From contig CAXXMB010000002.1 of assembly GCA_963668675.2 (NCBI GenBank), positions 448,001 through 512,000 of the forward strand: 64,000 nucleotides of DNA. Reading direction: 5' to 3'. Positions 19,357-28,101 of the stretch are shown here, piece after piece; within the stretch, counting starts at the first letter, position 1, and each line of letters starts with the position of its first letter. The notes beneath the pieces were generated by a model that saw nothing but the letters and a program-made list of their open reading frames with translations, was not told the origin of the DNA and did not search any database. The stretch comes from an uncultured Desulfatitalea sp. (lineage in GTDB: Bacteria > Desulfobacterota > Desulfobacteria > Desulfobacterales > Desulfosarcinaceae). Position numbers and translations under genes: made by a program.

Positions 19357-19653
19357 TCACTCGACGATGGTGGCGCGATAGGTACCCGCATCACGCAGAT
19401 GCTGCTCCATCTGCTCGATGGTGATCTTTGCCGGGTTATATACCACCCTGTTGACCTCTTTGAACCGACGCCAGCCCTTCTCCACTGAGAGTACGCCTGG
19501 CTGCCCCTCCAGGGCAGCAACACCCACGTCGTATCAGGCGACCTCGAAGGTGATGTGGGCGGTTTCCGCCAGGGCGGGAGCCACGGGGCTTGCGCTGAGG
19601 AGAACGAGCATTCCCAGCAACATGAAAAGCGATTTCATGATCCATTTCATCAT
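19357..19653 (-). CDS. Candidate exported selenoprotein, MsrA/HMA-like, with in-frame TGA at codon 40 (absent from the ORF track)
   Basis: AGGAGG RBS; MMKWIMKSLFMLLGMLVLLSASPVAPALA-ETAHITFEVA-TGA-YDVGVAALEGQPGVLSVEKGWRRFKEVNRVVYNPAKITIEQMEQHLRDAGTYRATIVE-stop; hairpin just downstream of the TGA. Confidence 0.75.
19500..19518 (-). promoter_or_regulatory. Putative bacterial SECIS element
   Basis: GCTGCCC-TGGAG-GGGCAGC hairpin starting 15 nt after the in-frame TGA (19534-19536); G-containing apical loop about 22 nt from the TGA. Confidence 0.65.
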
Positions 19654-19674
19654 CCGGCCTCCTGTTCATTGTAT

Positions 19675-19739
19675 CGGCAAAGCCAGGGGTTCATTCCACA
19701 CGGGGGAGGGGTGATGGAATCGTTCCCCTGGCGTTGCCG
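19675..19739 (-). other. Long intergenic stem-loop between the DM13 gene and the candidate selenoprotein
   Basis: Nested pairs CGGCAA/TTGCCG, GCCAGGGG/CCCCTGGC and ATTCCA/TGGAAT. Confidence 0.6.
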
Positions 19740-19783
19740 CTTTTCGGTATGCTTTTCCGGTGATCCGGCTCGCCGGAAGAGGG

Positions 19784-20359
19784 CTACATCTTTTTTGCAA
19801 AGTGTGCGCGACCGATCTCCACGTTGAACTTTTCACAGTAGATGATCACGCTGTCGTACACGTGGGGGTCTGCTTCAGCCGGCAGGGCGAATTTAACCGT
19901 GCCTGTAAACTGCTTGAGCATTCCAAGGTGAATGCCCGCCTTGCGGTCCCCCTCTTTGCCGAGGAACACCTGGCCGTCCGGCACCTTGTCCACTTTTATG
20001 TCTGCCAGGGTCAGCACATAGTGCCCCATCTCCCTGGAGAGGGTTACCTTACCTGTGGCGTGATGCCCGTCGGATCCGGCAAGCATCGACATCATCGGTG
20101 CGGCCATGGTCTCTTTATGCATTTTCTCCTTCACCATCTTGTCGTCAGACATGCTCGAATCTTTCATCTTTTTATCCATCATTTTATCGGTGTCCATTTT
20201 TTTGGAGGCCATCTTGTCGTCCATCATCTTATCGGACTTCATCTGGTCCGACTTCATATGGCTCTCTTCCATCTTCCCGCTGCCGGCGCAGGCGGTTACC
20301 GCAAACAGCAGTGCCAGAGCCGTCACAGTCACTAACGAGCGAATCGATCTTTTCATCAT
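19784..20359 (-). CDS. Lipoprotein with Met-rich pentapeptide repeats and C-terminal DM13 domain
   Basis: VTAC lipobox; 12 pentads each starting with Met (MKSDQ MKSDK MMDDK...); DM13 pattern GHHATGKV...PDGQVFL...LGMLK...YDSVIIYCEKF. Confidence 0.85.
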   Translation of the reverse strand: MMKRSIRSLVTVTALALLFAVTACAGSGKMEESHMKSDQMKSDKMMDDKMASKKMDTDKMMDKKMKDSSMSDDKMVKEKMHKETMAAPMMSMLAGSDGHHATGKVTLSREMGHYVLTLADIKVDKVPDGQVFLGKEGDRKAGIHLGMLKQFTGTVKFALPAEADPHVYDSVIIYCEKFNVEIGRAHFAKKM

Positions 20360-20478
20360 GTGTACTCCTTTTCATGATAAGGGGTTGCCTGTTGCGGATG
20401 AGCCGGCCAATGGCGCTCTGTCCTGAGTCTCTGCTGTCTGTGACGCCGGCCATCCTTGCGATAGATTAGGCATCGGCT

Positions 20479-20517
20479 TTAAAGCAGGGGTAAAGGAGAT
20501 GTAAAGATATGGTAAAG
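20479..20517. promoter_or_regulatory. Four 11-bp-period direct repeats, putative OmpR-family binding site
   Basis: TTAAAG (20479), GTAAAG (20490, 20501, 20512) upstream of the DM13 gene. Confidence 0.6.
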
Positions 20518-20546
20518 ATGGATGCGGAATAGCCGGACGGGGTGCG

Positions 20547-21614
20547 TCAGACGGGCAGGGTGAACCACACACAGGTCCTGCCGGGTTCGCTTTCGGCGCC
20601 GATCTCTCCGCCGTGGGCTTCGATGAGGGTTTTGACGATCGACAGCCCGATACCTGAGCCGCCGCCTTCTCGCGAACGCGACGGGTCGGCCCGGTAGAAG
20701 CGTTCGAAGATGTAGGGCAGATCTTCGGCCGAGATGCCCGGACCGCTGTTGATAAAACGCACCTGCACGGTGCTCTCCCGGCGCTCGGCGGCAACGGTAA
20801 CATGGCCGTTGGAGGGGGTGTATTTACAAGCATTTTCGATCAGATTGCGCAATGCCTGCAAAAGCTTGTCCGGGTCGGCCGTCACCTGGTCCGCATCGGA
20901 TGCGAAACGGGTGTCGATGGTGATGGCCTTGCCTTCGAACTGAGGCTTGTAGAGCGCCAGCAGTTGCTGCGTCAGGCCCTTCAGGGAGAGGGGTTGGCGC
21001 GTCAGAAAGGCGTTGGCCGCCTCGGCTTTGGCCAGTTGCTGCAGATCTTCGACCAGATGGACCAGGCGCAGTACTTCCTGCTGCAGCATATTGAATGTGG
21101 CGGCAGAGGGGGGGACCACCGCGTCGCTCAACCCCTCCAGATAGCCTCGCAGGTTGGTCAGTGGCGTGCGCAATTCGTGGGCCACGTCCGCCACCATCCG
21201 TTTGCGCAGCCGCTCGAGCTTCTCCAGGTTGTCGGCCATGCGATTGAAGGCCAGGCCGAGTTGTCCGATCTCGTCATGGGAGGCGACGCCCACCCGTTCG
21301 GAGAAATTGCCGGCGGCCACCTCTCGGGTGATGGCGGCCATCTGGGACAGCGGCCGCAGCACCCGCCGGGTCAGCAGAAAACTGAGCAGCAGGGCCAGTG
21401 CCAGGGCCGCCAGGGTGGCCCACAGCAGGTAGCGATGAATGGCCGCCAGGAACATCTGGTGGGTTTCGGTGGGGGAGACATCGTACTTGTCCATCAGGGT
21501 CATGAAGTAGTCGGCCGCCAACTGATCGATGGCCAGCCAGACGACCAGAATGATCACTGCAATCACCGGCACCACGTTGATCAAGAGCAATTTCCAGAGC
21601 AGGTGTCGTTTCAT
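20547..21614 (-). CDS. Sensor histidine kinase (BaeS-like)
   Basis: Two TM helices, HAMP, VAHELRTPL, NLIENACKY, FERFYRAD, GSGIGL. Confidence 0.93.
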   Translation of the reverse strand: MKRHLLWKLLLINVVPVIAVIILVVWLAIDQLAADYFMTLMDKYDVSPTETHQMFLAAIHRYLLWATLAALALALLLSFLLTRRVLRPLSQMAAITREVAAGNFSERVGVASHDEIGQLGLAFNRMADNLEKLERLRKRMVADVAHELRTPLTNLRGYLEGLSDAVVPPSAATFNMLQQEVLRLVHLVEDLQQLAKAEAANAFLTRQPLSLKGLTQQLLALYKPQFEGKAITIDTRFASDADQVTADPDKLLQALRNLIENACKYTPSNGHVTVAAERRESTVQVRFINSGPGISAEDLPYIFERFYRADPSRSREGGGSGIGLSIVKTLIEAHGGEIGAESEPGRTCVWFTLPV

Positions 21615-21620
21615 GGTGGT

Positions 21621-22328
21621 TTAAAGCTCGCTCTCTTCGGCCAGGCGATATCCGAACCCCCGGATGGTGATGATGCGGCGGGGCTTCGATGGATCGGATT
21701 CGATCTTCTGCCGCAACTTACCGATGTGAACATCGACCACGCGATCGACAACGGCGTCTCCATGCTCGTAGAGCCGCTGAAGCAACTCATCCCTGGAGAA
21801 GAGGCGTCCGGGCGCCACCAGCAGCGCGTGCAGCAGTTTGTATTCGGTGGCCGTCAACGCCACGTTCCGGCCCGCCAGCGTCACCTTGTGCTTCTCTTCA
21901 TCCATTTCCAGATCGCCATGGGTCAAACGCCCGCCGCTGCGCATCGCCTGCGGCCGTGCTCGCCGCAGGATGGCCTTGACCCGCTCGACGAGCTCGCGCG
22001 GACTGAACGGCTTGACGACGTAATCATCGGCGCCCAGGGAGAGCCCCAACACCCGATCGATCTCCTCCTCCCTTGCCGTCAGCATCAGTATGGGCACGTC
22101 CGAATCTTTACGCAGGCGGCGGCAGATCTCCCAACCGTCGATCTTAGGCAGCATCACATCCAGTATCACCAGCAGGGGCGACCGCTCCCGGGCCATCTGC
22201 AGCGCCTGCAAACCGTCATGGGCGATCCGGGTGGCAAAACCTTCGCGCTCGAGGTAGGTCTCCACCAGTTGGGCGGTATTGGAATCGTCTTCGACAATCA
22301 GGACCGGATCCGACGGGTCTATGGGCAT
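21621..22328 (-). CDS. OmpR-family response regulator
   Basis: VEDD, LDVMLP, GADDYVVKPF, VDVHIGKLRQKIE, TIRGFGY. Confidence 0.95.
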   Translation of the reverse strand: MPIDPSDPVLIVEDDSNTAQLVETYLEREGFATRIAHDGLQALQMARERSPLLVILDVMLPKIDGWEICRRLRKDSDVPILMLTAREEEIDRVLGLSLGADDYVVKPFSPRELVERVKAILRRARPQAMRSGGRLTHGDLEMDEEKHKVTLAGRNVALTATEYKLLHALLVAPGRLFSRDELLQRLYEHGDAVVDRVVDVHIGKLRQKIESDPSKPRRIITIRGFGYRLAEESEL

Positions 22329-22435
22329 GGTGCACATCCTTATCTATCGAAATGCATGTTCTGCAGGCCAACTTTTGTCATACTGGATTTGATCCTGGAT
22401 GACTTCATGGTGATTTCGGTTAATGGATCGGACCG

Positions 22436-22508
22436 TGTAGCGGCGGGGTTTATCCCCGCCCGGAAAGGCACCGCGTTTGTCCGGGCGGGGATAAACCCCG
22501 CCGCTACA
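22436..22508. repeat. Perfect inverted REP doublet (REPIN)
   Basis: TGTAGCGGCGGGGTTTATCCCCGCCCGGA ... TCCGGGCGGGGATAAACCCCGCCGCTACA. Confidence 0.85.
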
Positions 22509-22640
22509 AGACCGGAGAAAGGATACCCGATATCGCTGGCTTCGTGCAAGGAGGATCATGTCCGGCCGGGGCTATGGGCCTTAAAACGCCGGGCAGGCGA
22601 TACGGCCCTGCCCGGCAAAGAATTCAACATGGTCGAAGGA

Positions 22641-23246
<606 letters not shown>

Positions 23247-23405
23247 GATAACCCCCTGTATATTTACCCCGCGCACAATACCGCCGGCACCGCCGGATAT
23301 CGATCTTGAGGATCGAAAAACGGATTATGCGGGGGGGTCGTTTTAGTGATCAACCTCATACAGGGATAAGTTTCTAATGCCGGGGGGCTTTGTCAAGTTG
23401 CCGGC

Positions 23406-25574
23406 TCACTCCATTTTCCCGGGGAACGGTGCGTAGATATACGCCTCTTTTCCCGCTCTCAACTCAGCCGCCATCCGGTTGAAATTCACGAAGCGATGCT
23501 TCAATTCGTAAAAGCCATGCCACCAGGCATAGTCCGGGGCCATCATGGCCGTGCCCATGCGGGCCCGTCGCCCCTCATGGTGCCAAAGCTCATAGTACTG
23601 CCATTCGATCGGCTCGTCGAAATAGGTCTCATTCGAGATGAGCCCATCGGCATAGAGCTGATCCATGACGGCTTTGACCGGATCGAAGTAGGCTTCATTG
23701 TAGTGCCGCACCACCTCGTCCAAATTGCCAAAATGGCTTTGGGTCCACGTTGTGGAGTGGCACTGCAGGCAAACCGCCTCCATCTTCCGGCGTTCGGCCT
23801 GCCACTCGGTTGCGGCCGGAAAGGGCTTGAAATCCTGTGGCCGGACAGTGCGCGGGGCCTGGGTCTCCCAACTCAGCCGTTCGGTGACATCGTGGGACGC
23901 ATCGTACTTGCCGGCCACTGCGGACATGTGGCAGGTGGCGCAGGTGGGAGCGCGATAGTGCTTGGCGGCCTCCCACTGCCGGTTGGCCGGATCCCACGTC
24001 CAGTTGTCGCCCTCTGCGTGGTAGATGGTGCCGTGCTTGGATTCATTGTAGATTTCGATCTGGGGGTGGTCGGGGCCGAGGTGGCACTGGTCGCACGCCT
24101 CAGGCTTGCGTGCCTCTATAATAGAGAAACGGTGGCGGGTGTGGCAACTGCTGCAGCTGCCGTTGCTGCCGTCCGGATTAACCCGGCCGACCCCGACATT
24201 GGGCCATGTGCCAGGGAGGGGCTTACCGTTTTCAACCGCAACCACAGTGCCGTGGCACGCCAGACAACCGGTGGTCCGTTCGGTGCTGTTGTTCATGCCG
24301 TCATTGAGCCAATGGTCAATCTTCCACATGATCGCGTTGGTGTTGGCGTGTTTGCTGCGCGCATACTGCTCGGCCTGCTTGGGATGGCACCCCTGGCAAT
24401 TCCGGGGCGACACGACGACCGATATGGGTTTGGGTGAGTGTTCCAGATGAGAGGTGAGCACGACCTTTTCGTCGGTGGCGCGGTGACACTTGTCGCAGTG
24501 GACGTCCACCCGCGCATGTACGCCGGCTTGCCAGTCGTTGAAGATGCCCGGCGTTTTGACCCGGTGGCACTCGATGCAGGTTTGGCCGACGATGGCGGCC
24601 TCGCGCGTTTCGGGCAACAGGCGCAGCGGAAAATCCCAGCGCCACACGCCGATGCATGCCAATATCAAAAAGATCAGCACCAGATTGGTGTAGGCCATCA
24701 CCACAAAGGCTTTGCGGGCAGCCGGCAGTTTCTCGGGTGCGCCGGCATCAGGCTGCAGTTCGCCCACGAAACGCACCTTTTCGAACACCTCGGTGCCATG
24801 CGGTGCGCCCGCAATCGCTTCGGTCAGATCCGAACCGGCATTGTGTTTGCCAAAATGGCGTCCCCCTTTCCACTTGGCACTCGCGCTGACATCATAGACA
24901 TGGCTATCGTGAACGAAATAGGCCGGCCGGCCTTCACCCCCATCGAAGTTGCCCAGGTTGGCCCGGGTCACGTCCCCTGACACATCGGCCGGTGGCAGGG
25001 CGGCATGCTTCATTTTCCGATGCACCACGGTGACCGCAACCAGCCCGATGGAGACCATCAAGGCAAAAAGAAGAATCTTGATCGACAACATCAGCCCGAA
25101 GGTATTGTCGAAGAACTGGGACCACCGGTCCATCCGCGCCCACGTCAAATAGATCCCGGTCAGTGTCAGCATTACCATGCAGGAGAGCCCCAGCAGGCGT
25201 TCGGGTTTTGGAATGCCGCCGGTCAAGCGGGTGGGGCGAATAAAAATATGGATATAAAAAATCGCCCCGAAAAAAATAACGGCCGCCAGAAGATGAAGAT
25301 AGCCGATGATAAAACGCAGGGTTTTGTGCAGCGGCTGCTGGAGATGCTCGGCTTTTTCCAGCACGGCAGCCGATATCGGATAGCGATAGCCATTGCGGAT
25401 ATATGCAAAACCGACGGTTTTGAGCTGCCCTCCGGTGCTCTCCTGATGACAGAAGATGCACCCTTTACCGGTATCCCTTGCATACTCCTCTTTTGCCCAG
25501 GACAACGGCGTAAACAGGAGACCGAGGAACAAGAACATCAAGCAACAAGAAACGGCAACACGATATTTCGACAT
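23406..25574 (-). CDS. Membrane-bound multiheme cytochrome c (HAO-like octaheme) fused to monoheme, TM and cytochrome b5-like domains
   Basis: Nine CxxCH motifs; b5-like segment GRPAYFVHDSHVYDVS..WKGGRHF..HNAGSDLT..APHG; HAO-family CSSCHTRH, CHLGPDHPQIEIYNESKHG, WHHEGRRARMG. Confidence 0.85.
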   Translation of the reverse strand: MSKYRVAVSCCLMFLFLGLLFTPLSWAKEEYARDTGKGCIFCHQESTGGQLKTVGFAYIRNGYRYPISAAVLEKAEHLQQPLHKTLRFIIGYLHLLAAVIFFGAIFYIHIFIRPTRLTGGIPKPERLLGLSCMVMLTLTGIYLTWARMDRWSQFFDNTFGLMLSIKILLFALMVSIGLVAVTVVHRKMKHAALPPADVSGDVTRANLGNFDGGEGRPAYFVHDSHVYDVSASAKWKGGRHFGKHNAGSDLTEAIAGAPHGTEVFEKVRFVGELQPDAGAPEKLPAARKAFVVMAYTNLVLIFLILACIGVWRWDFPLRLLPETREAAIVGQTCIECHRVKTPGIFNDWQAGVHARVDVHCDKCHRATDEKVVLTSHLEHSPKPISVVVSPRNCQGCHPKQAEQYARSKHANTNAIMWKIDHWLNDGMNNSTERTTGCLACHGTVVAVENGKPLPGTWPNVGVGRVNPDGSNGSCSSCHTRHRFSIIEARKPEACDQCHLGPDHPQIEIYNESKHGTIYHAEGDNWTWDPANRQWEAAKHYRAPTCATCHMSAVAGKYDASHDVTERLSWETQAPRTVRPQDFKPFPAATEWQAERRKMEAVCLQCHSTTWTQSHFGNLDEVVRHYNEAYFDPVKAVMDQLYADGLISNETYFDEPIEWQYYELWHHEGRRARMGTAMMAPDYAWWHGFYELKHRFVNFNRMAAELRAGKEAYIYAPFPGKME

Positions 25575-25940
25575 GGGTGGCGTCTCCGAAGACGGGAGTG
25601 ATACCTGCCGGCCGTATGCGGTTATGATCGAACGCCTGACAGGCAAGCAATTCAACGAACGGTGTTCTTCTTATACCATGCCAATAAGGCCATACGCAAA
25701 CGAGCAAATTGGCGACGCGTGCAGCACGACAAAGGCCTTCAGCCCCCCCAGAACCGGCCGAAATAAAAATTCGTTAGCCCGATGTGCACACAGTGGCACC
25801 ACCTGTGCGCACAAACATACACTCAACGGGTCGATCCAGTCCGTTTCAGACCTGAAACGCCATCACGAGAGGGGTTTGAGCGCTACCCTTCAACGTCGGA
25901 TACCGGTCATTTCGCCGATGGGTCCCATCTGCATCAACCT

Positions 25941-25956
25941 TGGCATAGCCTTTGCT
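25941..25956 (+). promoter_or_regulatory. Putative sigma54 promoter
   Basis: TGGCATA-GCCT-TTGCT about 70 bp upstream of the AGGAGG-preceded ATG at 26024. Confidence 0.6.
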
Positions 25957-26023
25957 GATGCTCTACCGAAGGAGGGTGAGCCCTGTTTCGCTCACCCCTA
26001 AAAATCCATGCAGGAGGCATTTG

Positions 26024-26938
26024 ATGAGCAGCGTTCAAGCCCTTGGCAATGACACCATCCAGAGTCAGAACATCTTCGGGCAACCGTTGACCATTTTCGG
26101 GGTACCGGTCGACCGCGAAAAGATCTTTACCAACTACAAAGGCGTTTACAAAAGCCGGGTGGAGAAGCGGCAGCGCAAACTGATCGTAAAGAGCACGTTC
26201 ATCAAATTCTTCCTGCATCACGGTGAGACGATTCAGTGCCTGACCACCGGATATTCGCCTTTGAGCGTCAAAGAACAGATGCTCACGGGCCTGGCGTTTC
26301 TCTACTTCAGGCGTGCGCTCTTTGTCATTACGGAAAAGCGCATTCTGCACATCCCCACCCGTTTCAACCGGTCACCGCGCGGGGCCGTCTCTCAGATACT
26401 CTTCGAAGACTGCGCCCGAATCGAGGTGAAAGGTCGCGCCCTTCATGTCCAATACAAGAACGGGCGTCAGGAAGTGTTTCCCTATCTGGGCCGCAAGGAG
26501 AAGAAGAAGGTCCGCGCCCTTCTCTCCAAACTCTCGCTGTCTCCCAAAGAGGCTGGCCAACTGAAGGGGCGCGTCTATCTATGCCCGAGCTGCACCCACG
26601 CACTGCCGGCCGGCAGCGCCCTGTGCGGCACATGCAACCTTGCGTTCAAATCGACGTTCAAAACCAGACTCTACTCGCTGCTGGTCCCCGGCGGGGGCTA
26701 TTTCTACGGCCGCTACCCGTTCGTCGGGGCTGGTGCAGCCCTTTTTGAGCTGTGCCTGATGGCCATTCTCGTATGGAAAGGCATGGAGATGCACAAAGGC
26801 CTTCCGGTCGACCTCAACCTGATGATCGTTCCCGCTCTGGCACTGCTCCTTGAAAAATTCATCATGGCATTTCACACCGAACGACTGCTCGAAGACTACG
26901 TTCCCGAAAAGAGCGATTACGCCGTACGCAAAATCTGA
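26024..26938 (+). CDS. Hypothetical membrane protein with zinc-ribbon motif
   Basis: CPSC...CGTC, SLLVPGGGYFY, C-terminal TM helices; RBS before MSSVQ. Confidence 0.7.
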   Translation: MSSVQALGNDTIQSQNIFGQPLTIFGVPVDREKIFTNYKGVYKSRVEKRQRKLIVKSTFIKFFLHHGETIQCLTTGYSPLSVKEQMLTGLAFLYFRRALFVITEKRILHIPTRFNRSPRGAVSQILFEDCARIEVKGRALHVQYKNGRQEVFPYLGRKEKKKVRALLSKLSLSPKEAGQLKGRVYLCPSCTHALPAGSALCGTCNLAFKSTFKTRLYSLLVPGGGYFYGRYPFVGAGAALFELCLMAILVWKGMEMHKGLPVDLNLMIVPALALLLEKFIMAFHTERLLEDYVPEKSDYAVRKI

Positions 26939-27078
26939 GCTTTAAAGGTAGATGGCGAAAATGCGGGTCAGGCATCTATTGCCAAATGCAGACGGAGGCG
27001 GTAAAAACAACAGTGACACCCCTTGAAACGGATGGGTGCCGACTGTATGGCCCATGACCCTATCTCCGGAGAGCCGAC

Positions 27079-28011
27079 ATGAAGAAAAAAATCGCCATCG
27101 CTGTCGACGGATCGGTCAACTGCACCCATGCCGTGCGCTATGCCGCCGCCATGTCCCAAACACTGCCCGGCCTGCACTATGTGTTGATTCACGTGGAGGC
27201 CGCCTTATCCCAGTACCTCACCGACGAGGCGGAGAGAAGCCCGAAAGCCCGAAGAGCGTTGCAGCGGCTCATGGAGGCGAACCGCGAGGCTTCCACCCAG
27301 ATCATCGAAAAGGTCCAACAGCAGATGATCCGCTGTGGTGTCGAGCCGGATCGGATTGAGATCCGCGCCCGAATCCGAATGGCCGGTATTGCCGAAGACC
27401 TTCTGGATGAGTGCCAGGGCAAATCCTATGATGCCCTTGTTATAGGCCGCCGCGGCATCAGCCATCTCCAGGAACTGGTGACCGGCAGTGTCACCTCCAA
27501 TGTGGTCGCGTACTCCGATGTCACGCCGGTATGGATGGTAGATGACGAGGTGCCCAACAGCCGTGTCGTTCTGGCCGCCGACGGCTCACAAAACGCGCTG
27601 CGCGCCCTCGACCACCTCGCCTTTATGCTCAGCGGCCGGGAAGATGCCGCGATTCACATCATCCATGTCAATCCCAAATTGAAGGATGTCTGTGAAATCA
27701 AATGTGACGACGAGGCAATGGCGGTTGCCGAGGAGATCCTGCTCGACAGCGACCGCCACTGCATCGATGGGTTCCATGAACAGGCGAAGGAGGTGATTCG
27801 GAAAAACGGACTCGACCCCGGCCGGTTGGAGATTCAAACCATCAAAAGCCGTGTCTCTGTTGCCGGCGCCGTTATCGATGCCGCCCGCAAAGGCGGTTTC
27901 GGTTCGATCGTCATGGGCCGCCGCGGTCTGAAAAAGGGCAAGTTCACCGGCAGCGTTTCGCGAAAAGTCCTTCAAAAGGCCACCCGGATGGCCGTGTGGG
28001 TGGTGCCGTGA
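27079..28011 (+). CDS. Tandem universal stress protein
   Basis: Two USP domains (IAVDGS...VIGRRG...GSVT; LAADGS...VMGRRG...GSVS). Confidence 0.9.
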   Translation: MKKKIAIAVDGSVNCTHAVRYAAAMSQTLPGLHYVLIHVEAALSQYLTDEAERSPKARRALQRLMEANREASTQIIEKVQQQMIRCGVEPDRIEIRARIRMAGIAEDLLDECQGKSYDALVIGRRGISHLQELVTGSVTSNVVAYSDVTPVWMVDDEVPNSRVVLAADGSQNALRALDHLAFMLSGREDAAIHIIHVNPKLKDVCEIKCDDEAMAVAEEILLDSDRHCIDGFHEQAKEVIRKNGLDPGRLEIQTIKSRVSVAGAVIDAARKGGFGSIVMGRRGLKKGKFTGSVSRKVLQKATRMAVWVVP

Positions 28012-28044
28012 AAATGCCGGCTCAAACAATTTCTTAAATTCTTC

Positions 28045-28071
28045 TAAAGTCCTCCCTTAAAGCGCCGATAC
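28045..28071 (+). promoter_or_regulatory. sigma28 (FliA) promoter
   Basis: TAAAGTCC-N11-GCCGATAC. Confidence 0.65.
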
Positions 28072-28101
28072 CATAGATGAAGGTATATCTCGAACCAGTG
28101 A

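Noticed and set aside
19671..19697. sigma28 promoter before the candidate selenoprotein
   Set aside because: GCCGATAC is present but the -35 position (GGAATGAA) does not match, and the site is part of a hairpin.
19332..19714. ORF-track calls 19332-19523, 19418-19714 and 19436-19669
   Set aside because: They lack good RBS or protein-like features; the TGA-readthrough frame 19357-19653 explains the region better.
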